From: Octopus vulgaris
Lineage: Eukaryota
Length of the DNA: 64,000 bases
Direction of reading: 5' to 3'
Assembly: GCA_951406725.2 (NCBI GenBank)
Contig: OX597814.1
Coordinates: forward strand, 73,160,001-73,224,000
The translations under genes and the position numbers were made by a program. Of the stretch, positions 49,154 through 61,439 are shown in pieces. Each line of letters opens with the position of its first letter. The first letter of the stretch is position 1. The notes beneath the pieces were generated by a model. That model did not search any database and had not been told where the DNA came from. It was given only the letters and a program-made list of their open reading frames with translations.

Positions 49154-49905
49154 GTATCCTTTTGAAACTTCTTTACTTTTTTAGTTGTAATGATTGCATT
49201 AATATGAAGCCTTTTCTTGTATGAAAAACAAAGGGAATTCTGGAGTTGGGATTTCTCAATATTTTAATATGTAAATGGAAGCTTTGGGTTCTATCGAGAC
49301 AAGATGTTGGGAATAGGGGAGATAATAGCAGTTATAATAAAAATTCCCCAATAGTTATTGCCCTTGAATTTTTATATTGAACTGAGGCATTTTCAAAGTT
49401 TAAATGATTTTAAATTTAGTGATATTTCACCATTAAAATTACACGTTAAACAAGATATTCCACATCTCAAGATACTCTTGATTATAATCTGTTGCTTTCA
49501 TAACATCTTAACACTACCATGATGAAACTTTTTCTTTTAAGATATGATCTTTTTTTTTCCCAAGTGTATCCTGATTATATTGAGAAATATTAAGTTATCA
49601 TTTATGTATAGAAAACTTTTTTTTTTATTAAATATGTTAAATTGGGAACAGTTTGATATGTACTGGGCTCTAAGTAATTTCAGCATGTAGTTTCAAATGT
49701 TTAGATAGAAATAGGTATCAGCGATGTTAATGAAGATTTTCGTTTTTTTTATTTTTTATTTTTCAAGAATCTCCATTTTTTTGTTATAAAGAAGCTATAA
49801 TTATTATTCAGTCAATTTGGTGTCACTTTAATTCCTTTTCCCACGATACTAAGTGGGTGAAAGGCTTGTTAAAAATAGAATACATTTCCCTTAAACTGTG
49901 TTTAG
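49154..49905 (+). other. U12-type (minor spliceosome) GT-AG intron of EDC4
   Basis: 5' splice site GTATCCTTTT at 49154; branch site TTTCCCTTAAAC at 49885-49896, about 10 nt before the AG, with no polypyrimidine tract; frame preserved. Confidence 0.88.
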
Positions 49906-50059
49906 ATCAAAATTATTGCTGAACATTGTCTCATACAATGATAATCAGTCTGAATTTCACAGAGTCTTCTGGTGTCCATACATTCCTGATGAATCTGAAG
50001 ATGATACTTCTCAGGATAATTCTTTTTCTAAGATGCTTCTTATCACTCATGGAGAAAAG
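49906..50059 (+). CDS. EDC4: EDC4 coding exon 7 (SKLLLNIV...FHRVFWCPYIPDESED...LLITHGEK)
   Basis: Matches FRRIIWCPFIPEESED; in frame with exon 6 via ca|a; donor aag|gttatt. Confidence 0.9.
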
Positions 50060-53000
50060 GTTATTAAATATTATTTTACTACATCCAGCATTATTTTAAC
50101 TAATTTAAAATTTTTGTTCTTAAATGTTAAATATGTAATTTTATTTTTGAAATTAAAAAGGAAGTAGTATTTACGATTTGAACAACTGGACTTCAAAAAA
50201 AATAATTTGTGGTCTGGAGGAAGAGGCTGCATTGAGTCTTCACAGGTCCTCTGAGATAATTGAAATTAATGCAGTTAATGTTCTTGAATATTTACAAGTC
50301 AATGACTGTAGATGAAATGTGTAGGCAGTGAATTCTAGAGAGCAGTGTTCTGTGGTGGAAAGAGGAAAGATTGAGTGTTTAGTGTGGGACCTGAGATTGG
50401 TAAGGGTGCACATGATAAAGGTGAAGAGTGCTTGAGTAGAAGTGGTATGAGTCAGCTCTGAGGAGCATATACCATTCTGGTTACAAAGGAAAAGACTGAG
50501 AGGGGTCAGCTTCTTTAGAAGTGGTCTTTGGTGTTTGTGTGTACCATCTCATGTATCAAAGTAGTATGCTATTGTGGATCCCATTGGAGTTTTCTTGAGA
50601 GTTAGTAGTTTTTATGGGCTAATGTATTTTCAGTCTTCTGAAGAGGGAGGGTAGTCTTTGTAATGCAGTGGTGGCTATTTTAGGGATGATATTTTGCCAG
50701 AAAAGATATTTGGTGGTAATGAGTTCTAATATTTGTAACTAGCAGAGATACCCAGCATTGCTTGGGATTAAAATGGCAATGTTTGTATAAATATTACAGT
50801 TTTGTTGAAACAGGTGATACGGGGAAAATGAAGCATTGACAATAAAACATTTATGGAGTAAATGATGGGCTAATTTGACTAAGTGACATTTCATGTATCT
50901 GTTTGGAAGAATCAAGGCCTAACCTGTCATGGAAAATTGGGGTTGGGGGATACGTGATTTTTGAATGCACCAAAAAGCTCTCAGTAGATATACTCCCCTT
51001 TGCAGTGGTTGGCATTGCATCTAACACAACCCATCGTATGGTTGATAGTCAAATGAATGTAGGTGTTATGGAGATGTATGTAATTGGGTACATTCTACAA
51101 ATGGGCAAGAATGGGAGACAGCAATGGGGAAGTGAATTGTTGAAATGGTGTGGCTGTAGAAGAAACCTAAACTGAGCCACACATACTCACATACACATTC
51201 ATATACAAAATGTAACGACCCTCACATATAATAAGACCAACATACATAACTTTTCACCTCATTATTTTTTTCAGTTGTCACATATGTATAAGTGTGTATA
51301 GATATGTGTTTTAATCCAAATGAAAATTAAAATTATCACATATACATATAGAAAGAGAGAGACACATACATTCATACATGTCAATTGTCAGGTATATGTA
51401 CATGTAGATTGTGTGTATTCAATAACGTAACACGGAAACACACACACACTCATATACAAAATGTGGTGGTGGTGGTGATATAAGTGGTGCTGGTGGTTTA
51501 AAATGTCTTTTACTATCTTGTACGTATCGAACGTGCAAACACAGACACATACACATAGTTGACTATAGAAAGATTATCCCTATGAAATGTTATATTGTTT
51601 TAATTGAAATATAAAGAAAAAAAGTTACATGTTGACACTTGGGTGTAATTCTATACAGTAAAAGAGACACATACATTCATGTATGTCAGTTGTCACATGT
51701 ATATGTATGTGTAGATGTGTATATATGTACCTAATAATAATGTACCTAACGTGGAAATACACTCACAGTCACATACACACTCATATACAAAATATGATAT
51801 TGACGTGTTATAAAATGTCCTGTAGTATAGTTGACTATAGAAAAATTATCTCTATAAAATATTTTAATCAAAATGAAAAGAAAAAAATTACATGTTGACA
51901 CTTATGGGGTGTAATACTATTTATTACCTTGTATGCATAGGGAACAGACAGATAGAGAGACAAAGAATTGAAGAGACTCACATGGATATACATTCACGCA
52001 TGTCAGTCATCACATATATAGATGTATGTGTAGATGCTATATTTCGATACTATATTTCTGACCAAAATACACCCCTCATGAGTTTCAATTAAATTCTAAA
52101 ATAATCATGAATTTAGACTAGTTTCATTAAACAACTGTAACTTTTTTTACTTAACATATTAATGTGATATTTGGAACATAATTGAAGAAAGGGTTCTTAT
52201 TCAATTCTATTGCATAATTTTTGTCTCAAAGTGACTCTAATTACAGGTAAACTGATCAAAATATAAAAATATAGTTTAAACATTACCATAGAAAATGAGT
52301 CATCAGCTAATATTTAATTGGGTATGCAACAAAATTTTGATACAGAAGAATTGTGCACATCACTAGATTATCAGTTGAATTTAATGCACAGAAGAACAGG
52401 TGTACCATAAAGGTAAAATAAACTGAAATACTGGAATTTGTTTTTGAAGAAAACTAGAAGATTAAATACAACTGAATGAAATATACTCACACACATACAT
52501 GAATACACAGGAACATATATAATAAAGATTTACTATAGAAATTAAATCAAAACTTGTCACTCACCTTGCCGGCAAATTAAAATTACAGGTAAATTAAAAT
52601 AAAAAGTAAAACTAAGTAAATTTGAAAAATATTTATGCAATCTAATTATACATATGTACAAACAATATTCACAATATTTCTATCATGGAAAGTTGTAAAA
52701 CATCCCACTCTACATATTGCAACTTTGCAGAATGCACATTGGAAAGACGTTTCAACTGGTGATCCACTGGGAGTTTCTGTTTGTTGATGTAGACACTGCT
52801 TTTTGCGACCCCTGATTTTTTTCTGAACTCAGAGGTATATCTTTCTGGTAGGCTTTGCTCTTCCTTCCTGCATTTATTTTTTTTGAGGAATAACCTGCCC
52901 TCTACTGTGTTGCTACATCTGCTTGGAAATGCAGATGGTTGCACTGCTTGCGAACCCCTCCTGATTTAGTATGTGATATAAATGCATTTACAATGCTCAT

Positions 53001-53672
53001 GTTTACTATATACCAAACCAGGTATCACCACCATTTATTACCTGGTCTACCAACCGGATAATAATTATCTGGTTCAGCTGATCCACACCGCCCATATGCC
53101 ATTTTCATCTACATGGTTGTGCACTGGTAGATAGAAAATTTATCTGCCTCTTTTCTCTGTATGTGGTCGCTAGCAGATTTCCTTTCTGCCATTAGATTAT
53201 TTCGCCTCTTTTTAAAAAAAATTTTGCTTTTTTTATATCCAACGAAGCCCTTTTCTACTAGCAATTAATATAGTACACATGTAGATGTAGTATGAGGTGC
53301 CTTGGCTGCATTTTGTTGATACTTGAGTGTGGAAGATTGGTGAAGAATGAACAGTTGTATTATTTGTGTAAAAGAGTGGAGTTTATTGGTGATGATAGCA
53401 AGCTTGTAATTGATGTCTATGAGGAAGAAGGTGAAGGAGAAAATGAATCTTAGTGGTAAAGCTTAATTGATAGGTCGTTCAGAGAAGGGCATCCTTCAGC
53501 ACAATCTGTGGTGATGTGAGAGATGAGTAAAACCCAAGCCAAATTCATACATGTAACTTCTGTAATTTACTGATCATGATTTCAATTATGAACATTAAAC
53601 TTCAGTTTTGTTAAATTGAAGTAGAAGAGTAGATTTTAAATTTTTGATCTAAATTGTTTGTCTTTTCTTTAG

Positions 53673-53887
53673 GCTGAAATATGGAATGTAGACATGGTAT
53701 GCCAAAAATATGGCACAGATAGTGTAATGTCTAATGAAGTAACTTGTGGTGTGCTGCGAATTAACAGTCATACAAAGCCTATTGCTGATGCAGCATTTTC
53801 ACCTGATGGATCAGCACTTGCTACAGCCAGTATGGATGGCATGGTTAAATTTTTCCAGATCACCATGAATGAAGGTCCATCTCCCAG
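53673..53887 (+). CDS. EDC4: EDC4 coding exon 8 (AEIWNVDMV...AAFSPDGSALATASMDGMVKFFQI...PR)
   Basis: WD40 repeat matching GALSPDGTVLATASHDGYVKFWQI; canonical splice sites. Confidence 0.93.
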
Positions 53888-54513
53888 GTAAGAATTATTA
53901 ATGTTTTCTTTTTATCTAGGATAATTTTCTATTTATGAAGAGGTAAAAAGTATTAAGTTATTGTTTGTAACTTGTATAATTCAGATCTGCTGAATAGAGC
54001 AGTTACATTGACTCAGTTAATATATTGTTAGAAAGCTGTAATAAATTTTTCTTTAGTGACCTGTTTAGTGGATGTTTGCTTAATGCTGGAAAATTGGGTC
54101 TGGCATTGATTTTGTAGATTATTCTAATTTCTTGAAACAATTAGCTATTCAATACTCTTCAATAAATGTTTAGTATATGCTATTAAACATCTTCAACAAC
54201 ATTTATCATCAGATGTCTCAAAAAAATATTAATTTTTTATACACTCAGAATATAACATACTCTTAGTTCAGATATATTATTGCTATACCAAGTTTTCTTT
54301 GAATGCTATTTAAATATGTTCACTTTTTTTTAAAAATTCAATTTAATTTTGTATTATAATTATTTGTTCATAAAATTTGAGAAATATTTTTAGTACTCAT
54401 TGTAGGTGTCTCTTACTAACAAACTTAGGTTTAGTGACTCAGTTGAATATGCTAAATGTTGGTGTTATAAAGTTATGTTTTAAACATGAAACTAGTAATT
54501 CCTGTAATTTCAG

Positions 54514-54597
54514 AAGACTCCATGAGTGGTCACCTCATGGAGGACAGCCCCTTTCTTGTCTTTTCTTCCTTGATGATCACCAGAACCCTCATCCTGA
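54514..54597 (+). CDS. EDC4: EDC4 coding exon 9 (RLHEWSPHGGQPLSCLFFLDDHQNPHP)
   Basis: Matches CLHEWKPHDGRPLSCLLFCDNHKKQDP; ttcag| and |gtgagt. No further exon was seen before 64000. Confidence 0.92.
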
Positions 54598-55507
54598 GTG
54601 AGTATACAATCTTTCTATTTCTTTAGATTCTTGTAATTATTGTTAGCAATAAAGACTGATCAGCATTTGCACTATAAACCCTAAAGCTTATTTTCCTTTA
54701 TTCTGTCAGGCTTTTAGAATTATAAGTTGTATATTCTCCATGTTCCTGGAAGAACACCTCTCATGGATAAAAACTGTCCTGTGGTTCACTTTTATTATAT
54801 TCCTATAAAGCTCTAATAAATACTGATTAATGCTATTTAAGCAGCTGTAATATAATTTACTTTGCTTGAGATATATAATTTTTTATGCAGTACCAATTAA
54901 GATGTACACAACAAATAAATAGTAAAGTGAAGCAAAAATAGAACAGGATAGAACAAAGAGATATCGAAACTTCTGAAAAAATTAATCATATTGTAATATA
55001 CATAAGTTTATGTATTGCTTATCCTATTTTGAACAATTTTGAAATGTTTTCCGACTATTACAATTTTACCCTTACAGCTAGGAACTCTAAAGGAAAATGT
55101 ATATTTAGAAGATGTATTTATGTTTGCTGGCCCTGAAACTTCAATGATTTTGTGTGTGTGTGTACATACACAAACACTCACAATTTACAAAAGAGCTACA
55201 AATAGTTTCATACTTTAGAGATACAATACTTTGGCTGATTTATATAGCATGCCATGTATCTTTAAAGCATGAAACTATTAATATCTCATTTGTAACTTGT
55301 GTATATTAAATATTTATCTATCACTGGATGGAGTACTTTTCTTCATCCATCATACCCATAACAGAACTGTAAACTAATACATATATACATACATATAATT
55401 GTATATATATAATTATATATATAATTATATATATATATATATATATATATAATTGTATATACAGAAATATGGATATATATAATTGTATATATATAATTAT
55501 GTATATA

Positions 55508-56138
55508 TATCTGTAAAATAATATGTGACAATTATTCAATAGCCAAGATCTGAGTTTCGGATGCCGAGGTGGAAATCCACAACACTATCTCTTCGGTTAT
55601 CTGGCCATCTGAAAAACGCTATGAAAAAAGACCATTATACAAAGGGAAATTACTGTGTTATAATTCCGCTACTTATATAAAAGCACTAATCCAATGACTG
55701 CTAATTATATATACATAAAAAGGTATGTATATAATTATATATACATATAATTGTATACATATAATTGTATATGCGACATGGAAAGATGGCTTATCTGGAA
55801 AAGCAGCTTAGACCCTACTACATGTCTAAACTCAAGGACAGAACTTTTCAGATCATGCCCACATGTGACAAAATTTTTGTTACATTTTTGGTCCCCCCAA
55901 GAATACAGATAGAACTTGCTTTCTATATTATGTCCCAAAAAGTTTTTTTTATCTCATTATACCTTTTATTTTTTTCATATATTTATATATTTTTACACAT
56001 AATAATTTTTTCTGTACTCTTCCATCCTGCATTTTTTCCTGTGCTTATATAGACGTGTATATAGATTCATTTGTACACGTGTATGAATATGTATGAGTGG
56101 GCAGGTATGTATGTATATAGATGTGTGCGGGCATAAGA

Positions 56139-56176
<38 letters not shown>

Positions 56177-56860
56177 GCTTTTACTCAGTATTTTTACAAT
56201 TTTTTCGGTTTGGGCGTATGTATAATCCTTTTTTTTGTGTATGCGTATATAAACATGTACGGGTATGTACATATATGGGCGTGTGTGTGTGTGCGTGCAT
56301 AAGGGCATGTCCGTATATGAACGTGGTTTTTATGCTTTGTATACTTCCTTGTTTTTTTTCTATTTTGTTGCTTTTTTTCTGTATTGTTACCTTTAACCAT
56401 GTTTTTTCTTGTGCTTGTGCGTATATAGACGTATGTATGAACTTTTACAGCGTGCGTGTGTGTGTATGAGTTTGTATATATATGCGTATACATTTGGCAA
56501 AAAATGTGAGTGAAGATGTGTATGTTTTCATAGTGACGTACACGTACGCACGTGGGTGCGCGAGCGCGCATGTGTACGTATGATTATGCTTACGTGTTTA
56601 CTATGAACTTTTAACCGTATTTTAATTAGCGGTCATTGGATTAGTGCTTTTATATAAGTAGCGGAATTATAACACAGTAATTTCCCTTTGTATAACGGTC
56701 TTTTTTCATAGCGTTTTTCAGATGGCCAGATAACCGAAGAGATGATGTTGTGGATTTCCACCTCGGCATCCGAAACTCAGAGTTTTATCTTGGCTATTGA
56801 ATAATTATCACATATTATTTTAGAGATAAATTTCCTCTATTTACATAATATTGAGGTATC
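55508..56860 (+). mobile_element. Short Penelope-like insertion with inverted ~200-bp arms
   Basis: Arms 55508-55707 and 56623-56828; spacer encodes a PLE endonuclease C-terminus (MERWLIW...LNSRTELFRSCPHVTKF, about 55778-55880); hammerhead-like motif in the arms. Confidence 0.8.
56728..56790 (+). ncRNA. Hammerhead-like motif, CCGAAGA core variant
   Basis: agataa-CCGAAGA-helix II (gtgga/tccac inner stem)-GAAAC-tcaga-GTT-ttatct; helix I agataa/ttatct pairs perfectly. Confidence 0.6.
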
Positions 56861-56954
56861 TTTCTTTCTTTTGTTATCTTACTGTTTTTACCAATAATTA
56901 TGTATATATATATAATTATATACATCAAAATAAGCAACAAGAATGACTCCGGTG

Positions 56955-57040
56955 ATTTGGTACGATCGTTTCGTACTACATCATTTTATTAAATGTTGTA
57001 TTACAACAGTTTTAAAATGCTGAGCACTCATCAGTCAATT
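56955..57040 (-). ncRNA. Type I hammerhead ribozyme, inverted copy
   Basis: Reverse complement reads ttga-CTGATGA-gtgct...agtac-GAAAC-gatc-GTA-ccaa. Confidence 0.75.
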
Positions 57041-57293
57041 ATAGAGGTTTTCCATTAATACAAACATTTTCATATCAAGTGGCAACATTATAGAGAAGGT
57101 AGATACATAGACAAAGATGTGGATTTAAATTTTAAGAATATTTGGGGTAGTGGAGCCCATCAACTGACTGACTGAGATTCAGTTGTTCCAGACTACTGTA
57201 AGGTTCTGAGAGGGAAGAACAAATTTATGTCTATACTGGAAAAAAAATTTTCCAGCCTCCCATAAATATCATAAAATAATTTCTAAAAAATCA

Positions 57294-58090
57294 GTGAGAA
57301 TTTCATATTCCACTCTCCCAAATATGGCTACCATAGTAGCTAGACTTAATAGTAAAAACATTAAGTTAGCCAGGAGTGGAATGAATAGTAACAACAATGA
57401 TAGTAATAATAATTGTAAAAATAGCAATAATAATAATAATAATAATGATAATAACATTGATGTAAATAGTGATAATAGCAATATCAATAATAGAGGTGGT
57501 ATAGATAAAAGTATGGTAGGTGATAATAATGAAGATGAATTAATAATTAGTAACCCTAGTTTGCATAACAACGTAATTACTAATAGTGAAAATAATACTA
57601 ATACTAACAATAATTTAAATAACAGTAATGGAAGTGAACTGTCCTTAAATAATTCCAGTACCGGACACTATCCCCCCAGTTGTAATTGTAGGATTAGATC
57701 AAAATGTCCGTTATCTGGCCTTTGTTCTGTCCAAAACGTGATTTATAAATGCACAATAATAACTTCAAACAATAGCTTTCTTTATTTTGGTTCTTCGGTA
57801 GATTTTAAAAAAAGTCTAAACAATCATTTTTCCTCTTTTAGGCTCAAACATAAGGCAGGTTGCACAACATTATCTAGTAAAATTTGGGAACTAAAATACA
57901 AATAATATAGAATTCAGCCTAAAGTGGGATATAGTTAGAAGAGCGCAACCTTATAGAAATAATAGGGATGGTTGTCAACTTTGTTCTATGGAAACTTATG
58001 AAATTTTGAAATATCAGGGTAATACAAATCTGTTGAATAACCGTTTGGAGCTGGGAGTATCTTGTATACATCGTACGACCCGAACGTTTA
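57294..58090 (+). pseudogene. PLE GIY-YIG endonuclease, disrupted, with Asn-rich insertion
   Basis: ORF 57294..57905 plus downstream continuation; no RT domain seen. Confidence 0.8.
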
Positions 58091-58547
58091 AATACTTTAA
58101 ATAATAATTTTGTGAATATTCCTATATTTTTCAAATTTTAATTCTTTATAACCAAATAAAAAGGAATATACCATACTAGCTTTCAAATTAACATTTATAG
58201 ATGACTAAAATAACTTCACTGCAAACTTAAAATTGAATTCTTCTTTTTTTCTAAAATTAAACTGTATGAATCAAAATAGTTGGAATCCTAAATAGTATGA
58301 ATCCCAAATAGTAGGAATACTAAATAGTATGAATCCTATGTCCCTAAAGAAACTATTCAGTTCACCTTGATTATCTCACTTCTATTTCTTAATATATAAT
58401 TAGTCTAAGATATCTTTACAAAATATAGGAACCAAATAGGAACGAATATACCATACTGGTTTTAGTTTAACACCCATAAATGATTAAAAAACTTCATTGC
58501 AAACTAAAATTAAATTCTTTTTTATAATGTTCTCCAATACTAAGTAG

Positions 58548-58743
58548 TACTGTGCAGGTGGCACGTAAAAAGCACCCACTACACTCACGGAGTGGTTGGC
58601 GTTAGGAAGGGCATCCAGCTGTAGAAACATTGCCAGATTAGACTGGAGCCTGGTGCAGCCTTCTGGCTTCCCAGAACCCCGGTCGAACCGTCCAACCCAT
58701 GCTAGCATGGAGAACGGACGTTAAACGATGATGATGATGATGA
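58548..58743 (+). mobile_element. RTE-type 3' end / SINE with a (gat)n tail
   Basis: ggcacgtaaaaagcaccc...gttaggaagggcatccagctg...catgctagcatgga...gttaaacgatgatgatg. Confidence 0.75.
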
Positions 58744-59626
58744 TTAATCCTATGTCCCTAGGGGAAACTATTTGGTTCATCTTGATTATCTCATTCCCAA
58801 TTCTTAACATATAATTAACCTAAGATATTTTTACCTAACTAATTAACTTTTATCCGCAGGTAGTAAATTTTATTTCCAATAGATCCTATATTTTAAGTCA
58901 TTAATATCAACTCACTATCCATGAAATTTGAATAATTTACTCTTCTAAGGTACCTCTCTTCATATTATAAAATATCGCCTTCTACTATACCTTTGAATAT
59001 CTTCCTTCTTTGATTTTCCCTCTTTCATCTTTCTTAGTATATATTTTGACCCCTAATATGTTCACTTGATTAATAAGGCTTTTTCCCCCCAGTTAATAAG
59101 TACTATGCCTACTCATAATAAGTGATAGTCTCTTTCTCCAAATTTGAATAAATTTTAGATTTATATTTTTTCCTTTCTTCTAACATGTCAGAGTACTTGG
59201 AACTTATAGACCAACTGTTGTGATGATGTGCATAGGGTTTGTAAGGTCTCTGCATTCTCTGTGAATGTTATTGTGACCATTTGACATTGACCTAGTTCTC
59301 CTAATGCCGAATCTGTTCATCAAATAGTAGTAATTGGCATTTAGTCGTGACAATGCTGTCTTCCACATAAATTCCTTATATGGAGCTATGACATCTCCTT
59401 TACCCCATTTCTATAATTAGAAAATCTTTATTGTCTCCTTTCATTTGTTCTTTCCTCTCAAAACCTTACAGTAGTCTGGAACAACTGAATCTTAGTCAGT
59501 CAGTTGATGGGCTCCACTACCTCAAATGTTCTTAAAATTTAAATCCACATCTTTGTCTATGTATCTACCTTCTCTATAATGTTGCCACTTGATATGAAAA
59601 TTTTTGTATTAATGGAAAACCTCTAT

Positions 59627-59716
59627 AATTGGCTGATGAGTGCTCATCATTTTAAAACTGTTGTAATACTTACAACATTTAATAAAATGATGTAGTACGA
59701 AACGATCGTACTAAAT
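59627..59716 (+). ncRNA. Type I hammerhead ribozyme (PLE-associated)
   Basis: ttgg-CTGATGA(59633)-long helix II (gtgctcatcatttta...taaaatgatgtagtac)-GAAAC-gatc-GTA^ctaa; palindromic helix III loop typical of PLE minimal hammerheads. Confidence 0.8.
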
Positions 59717-59893
59717 CACCGGAGTCATTCTTGTTGCTTATTTTGATTATAATCACCCCACGGATTTTTAGGGATGACACCATACAGAATTCTGGTGCAT
59801 CTAAATTAAGTACCATATTCATTTGAATCTAAATTTTTGCTGAACTTATATAATTATATATATGTATATATATAATTATACACACACACACAC

Positions 59894-61170
59894 ATCAGGT
59901 CATCCCATAAGTTGTGCCCGATTTTGCCTTTTTTAAAATTGAACGAAATTTGAATAGTATTTTAGAATGTCTAATAGAATTAAAAATTATTTTTATGCAT
60001 TTGTGTACATTTAAACTAATTAAATATTATTTTACAGAATAATAGAATTAAAATTTCTTTGATTAAAACCCTTTCTTACATGGAAGTATCCAAAGAACAT
60101 TTGAGGCACATAATGCTTTATGATTATAAAAAAAAGGAAAATCTGCTGCTGAAGCCACTTGAAATGTAGTCAGTTTATGGGAAAGAATGCTTGAATGAAA
60201 GAACTTGCAGAAGATAGTTTTCAAAATTCAGAAGTGGAGATTTCAGCCTTGAAGATGAAGATCAAACAGGATGTCTAGTTGAGTTTCATGATAAGCTCCC
60301 TGAAGTGTTACTTGATGAAAATCCTGCATTATCAGTTGAAGAATTGGCAATAAAGCTTAGTTCAAACCATAAAACTGTTCATCGTCATCTTCAACAACTT
60401 AGAAAGGTTCCTAAACTTGGAAAATTGGTGCCTCATGAATTGTCCGAAAGCAACTGCAAATCCCGAGTTGACATCTGCTCTTCTCTCCATTCTCGCAAAC
60501 TCATTTCACCCTTTTTGGATAGACTTGTGACGAAAAATGGATCTTCTGTCGAAATGTTAAACGTCATAAACTGTCGCTTGGTAAAAGGGAAAAAGCTCAA
60601 CCACAACCGAGAAGGGAACTTCATGGGAAAATGGTTCATCTCTCTATCTGGTGGGATTGCAAAAGAGTAATTCACTTTGAATTGTTACCACCTAATGCAA
60701 CAATCAATGCTCAAGTCTACTGTCAGCAATTAGTGTTTGAACCAAGCTTTGAAGAAAAAAAAGACCCGATTTAGTGAATCGAAAAGGATTGATGTTTCAT
60801 CAGGACAATGCACGATCCCACACTGCAAAGATCACATCAGAGAAGATCAAAGAGCTTGGCTGGGAAAAAATTCCTCATCCACCTTATTCTCCCGACCTTG
60901 CTCCTTCAGACTACCATTTGTTTCGTAGTTTACAGAATCATTTGGGGGACATAACTTTTGCAAGCCAGGAAGAGGTCGAAATTGACATTTCAGAGTTCTT
61001 CGCTTTGAAGCCAAAAGAGTTTTACATTGATGGGATTAAAAAGCTTGTAAATACATGGAAGGAAGTCATAGATAATCAGGGAAAGTACATTGACGATTCA
61101 ATTAAATATAACATTTGACCACTTGTTTTCTTTATTCAAAATTTGGACAGAACTAATGGGATGACCTGAT
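59894..61170 (+). mobile_element. Near full-length degenerate mariner element
   Basis: TIRs atcaggtcatcccataagtt / aactaatgggatgacctgat; motifs VPHELS, HQDNARSH, HPPYSPDLAPSDYHLF. Confidence 0.93.
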
Positions 61171-61439
61171 ATATATGTATATATACCACTATATATATAT
61201 ATTTATATATATATATAAATAGTTAGAGGTGCAACCGCCCTCCCACCCCCTCCACCAGTACCGGAAGTTCCTATCCTTTGCCATCCCTGGGTTGCTTCCT
61301 ATGAATACTGCAAAAGGCATTCCACCATCCCCACCCCCAGTCTCGCGCTATCTTCTATGTAAGGTAATGATCGTATAGTGCAAAATATGAAAGGGTAGTG
61401 TTATGCAGGTTGAACTGAATCCTACTGTATTGCTTGCTC

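Larger units (their letters stand above)
56924..59748 (+). mobile_element. 5'-truncated Penelope-like element with inverted ~300-bp arms
   Basis: Arms 56924-57224 and 59443-59748; GIY-YIG ORF (ISYSTLPNM, CNCR..CPL..C..NVIYKC..YFGSS..FK..H..SF..LS.KIWELK) continuing past a stop into CQLC..E..LLNNRLE..CIH; hammerheads in both arms. Confidence 0.88.
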
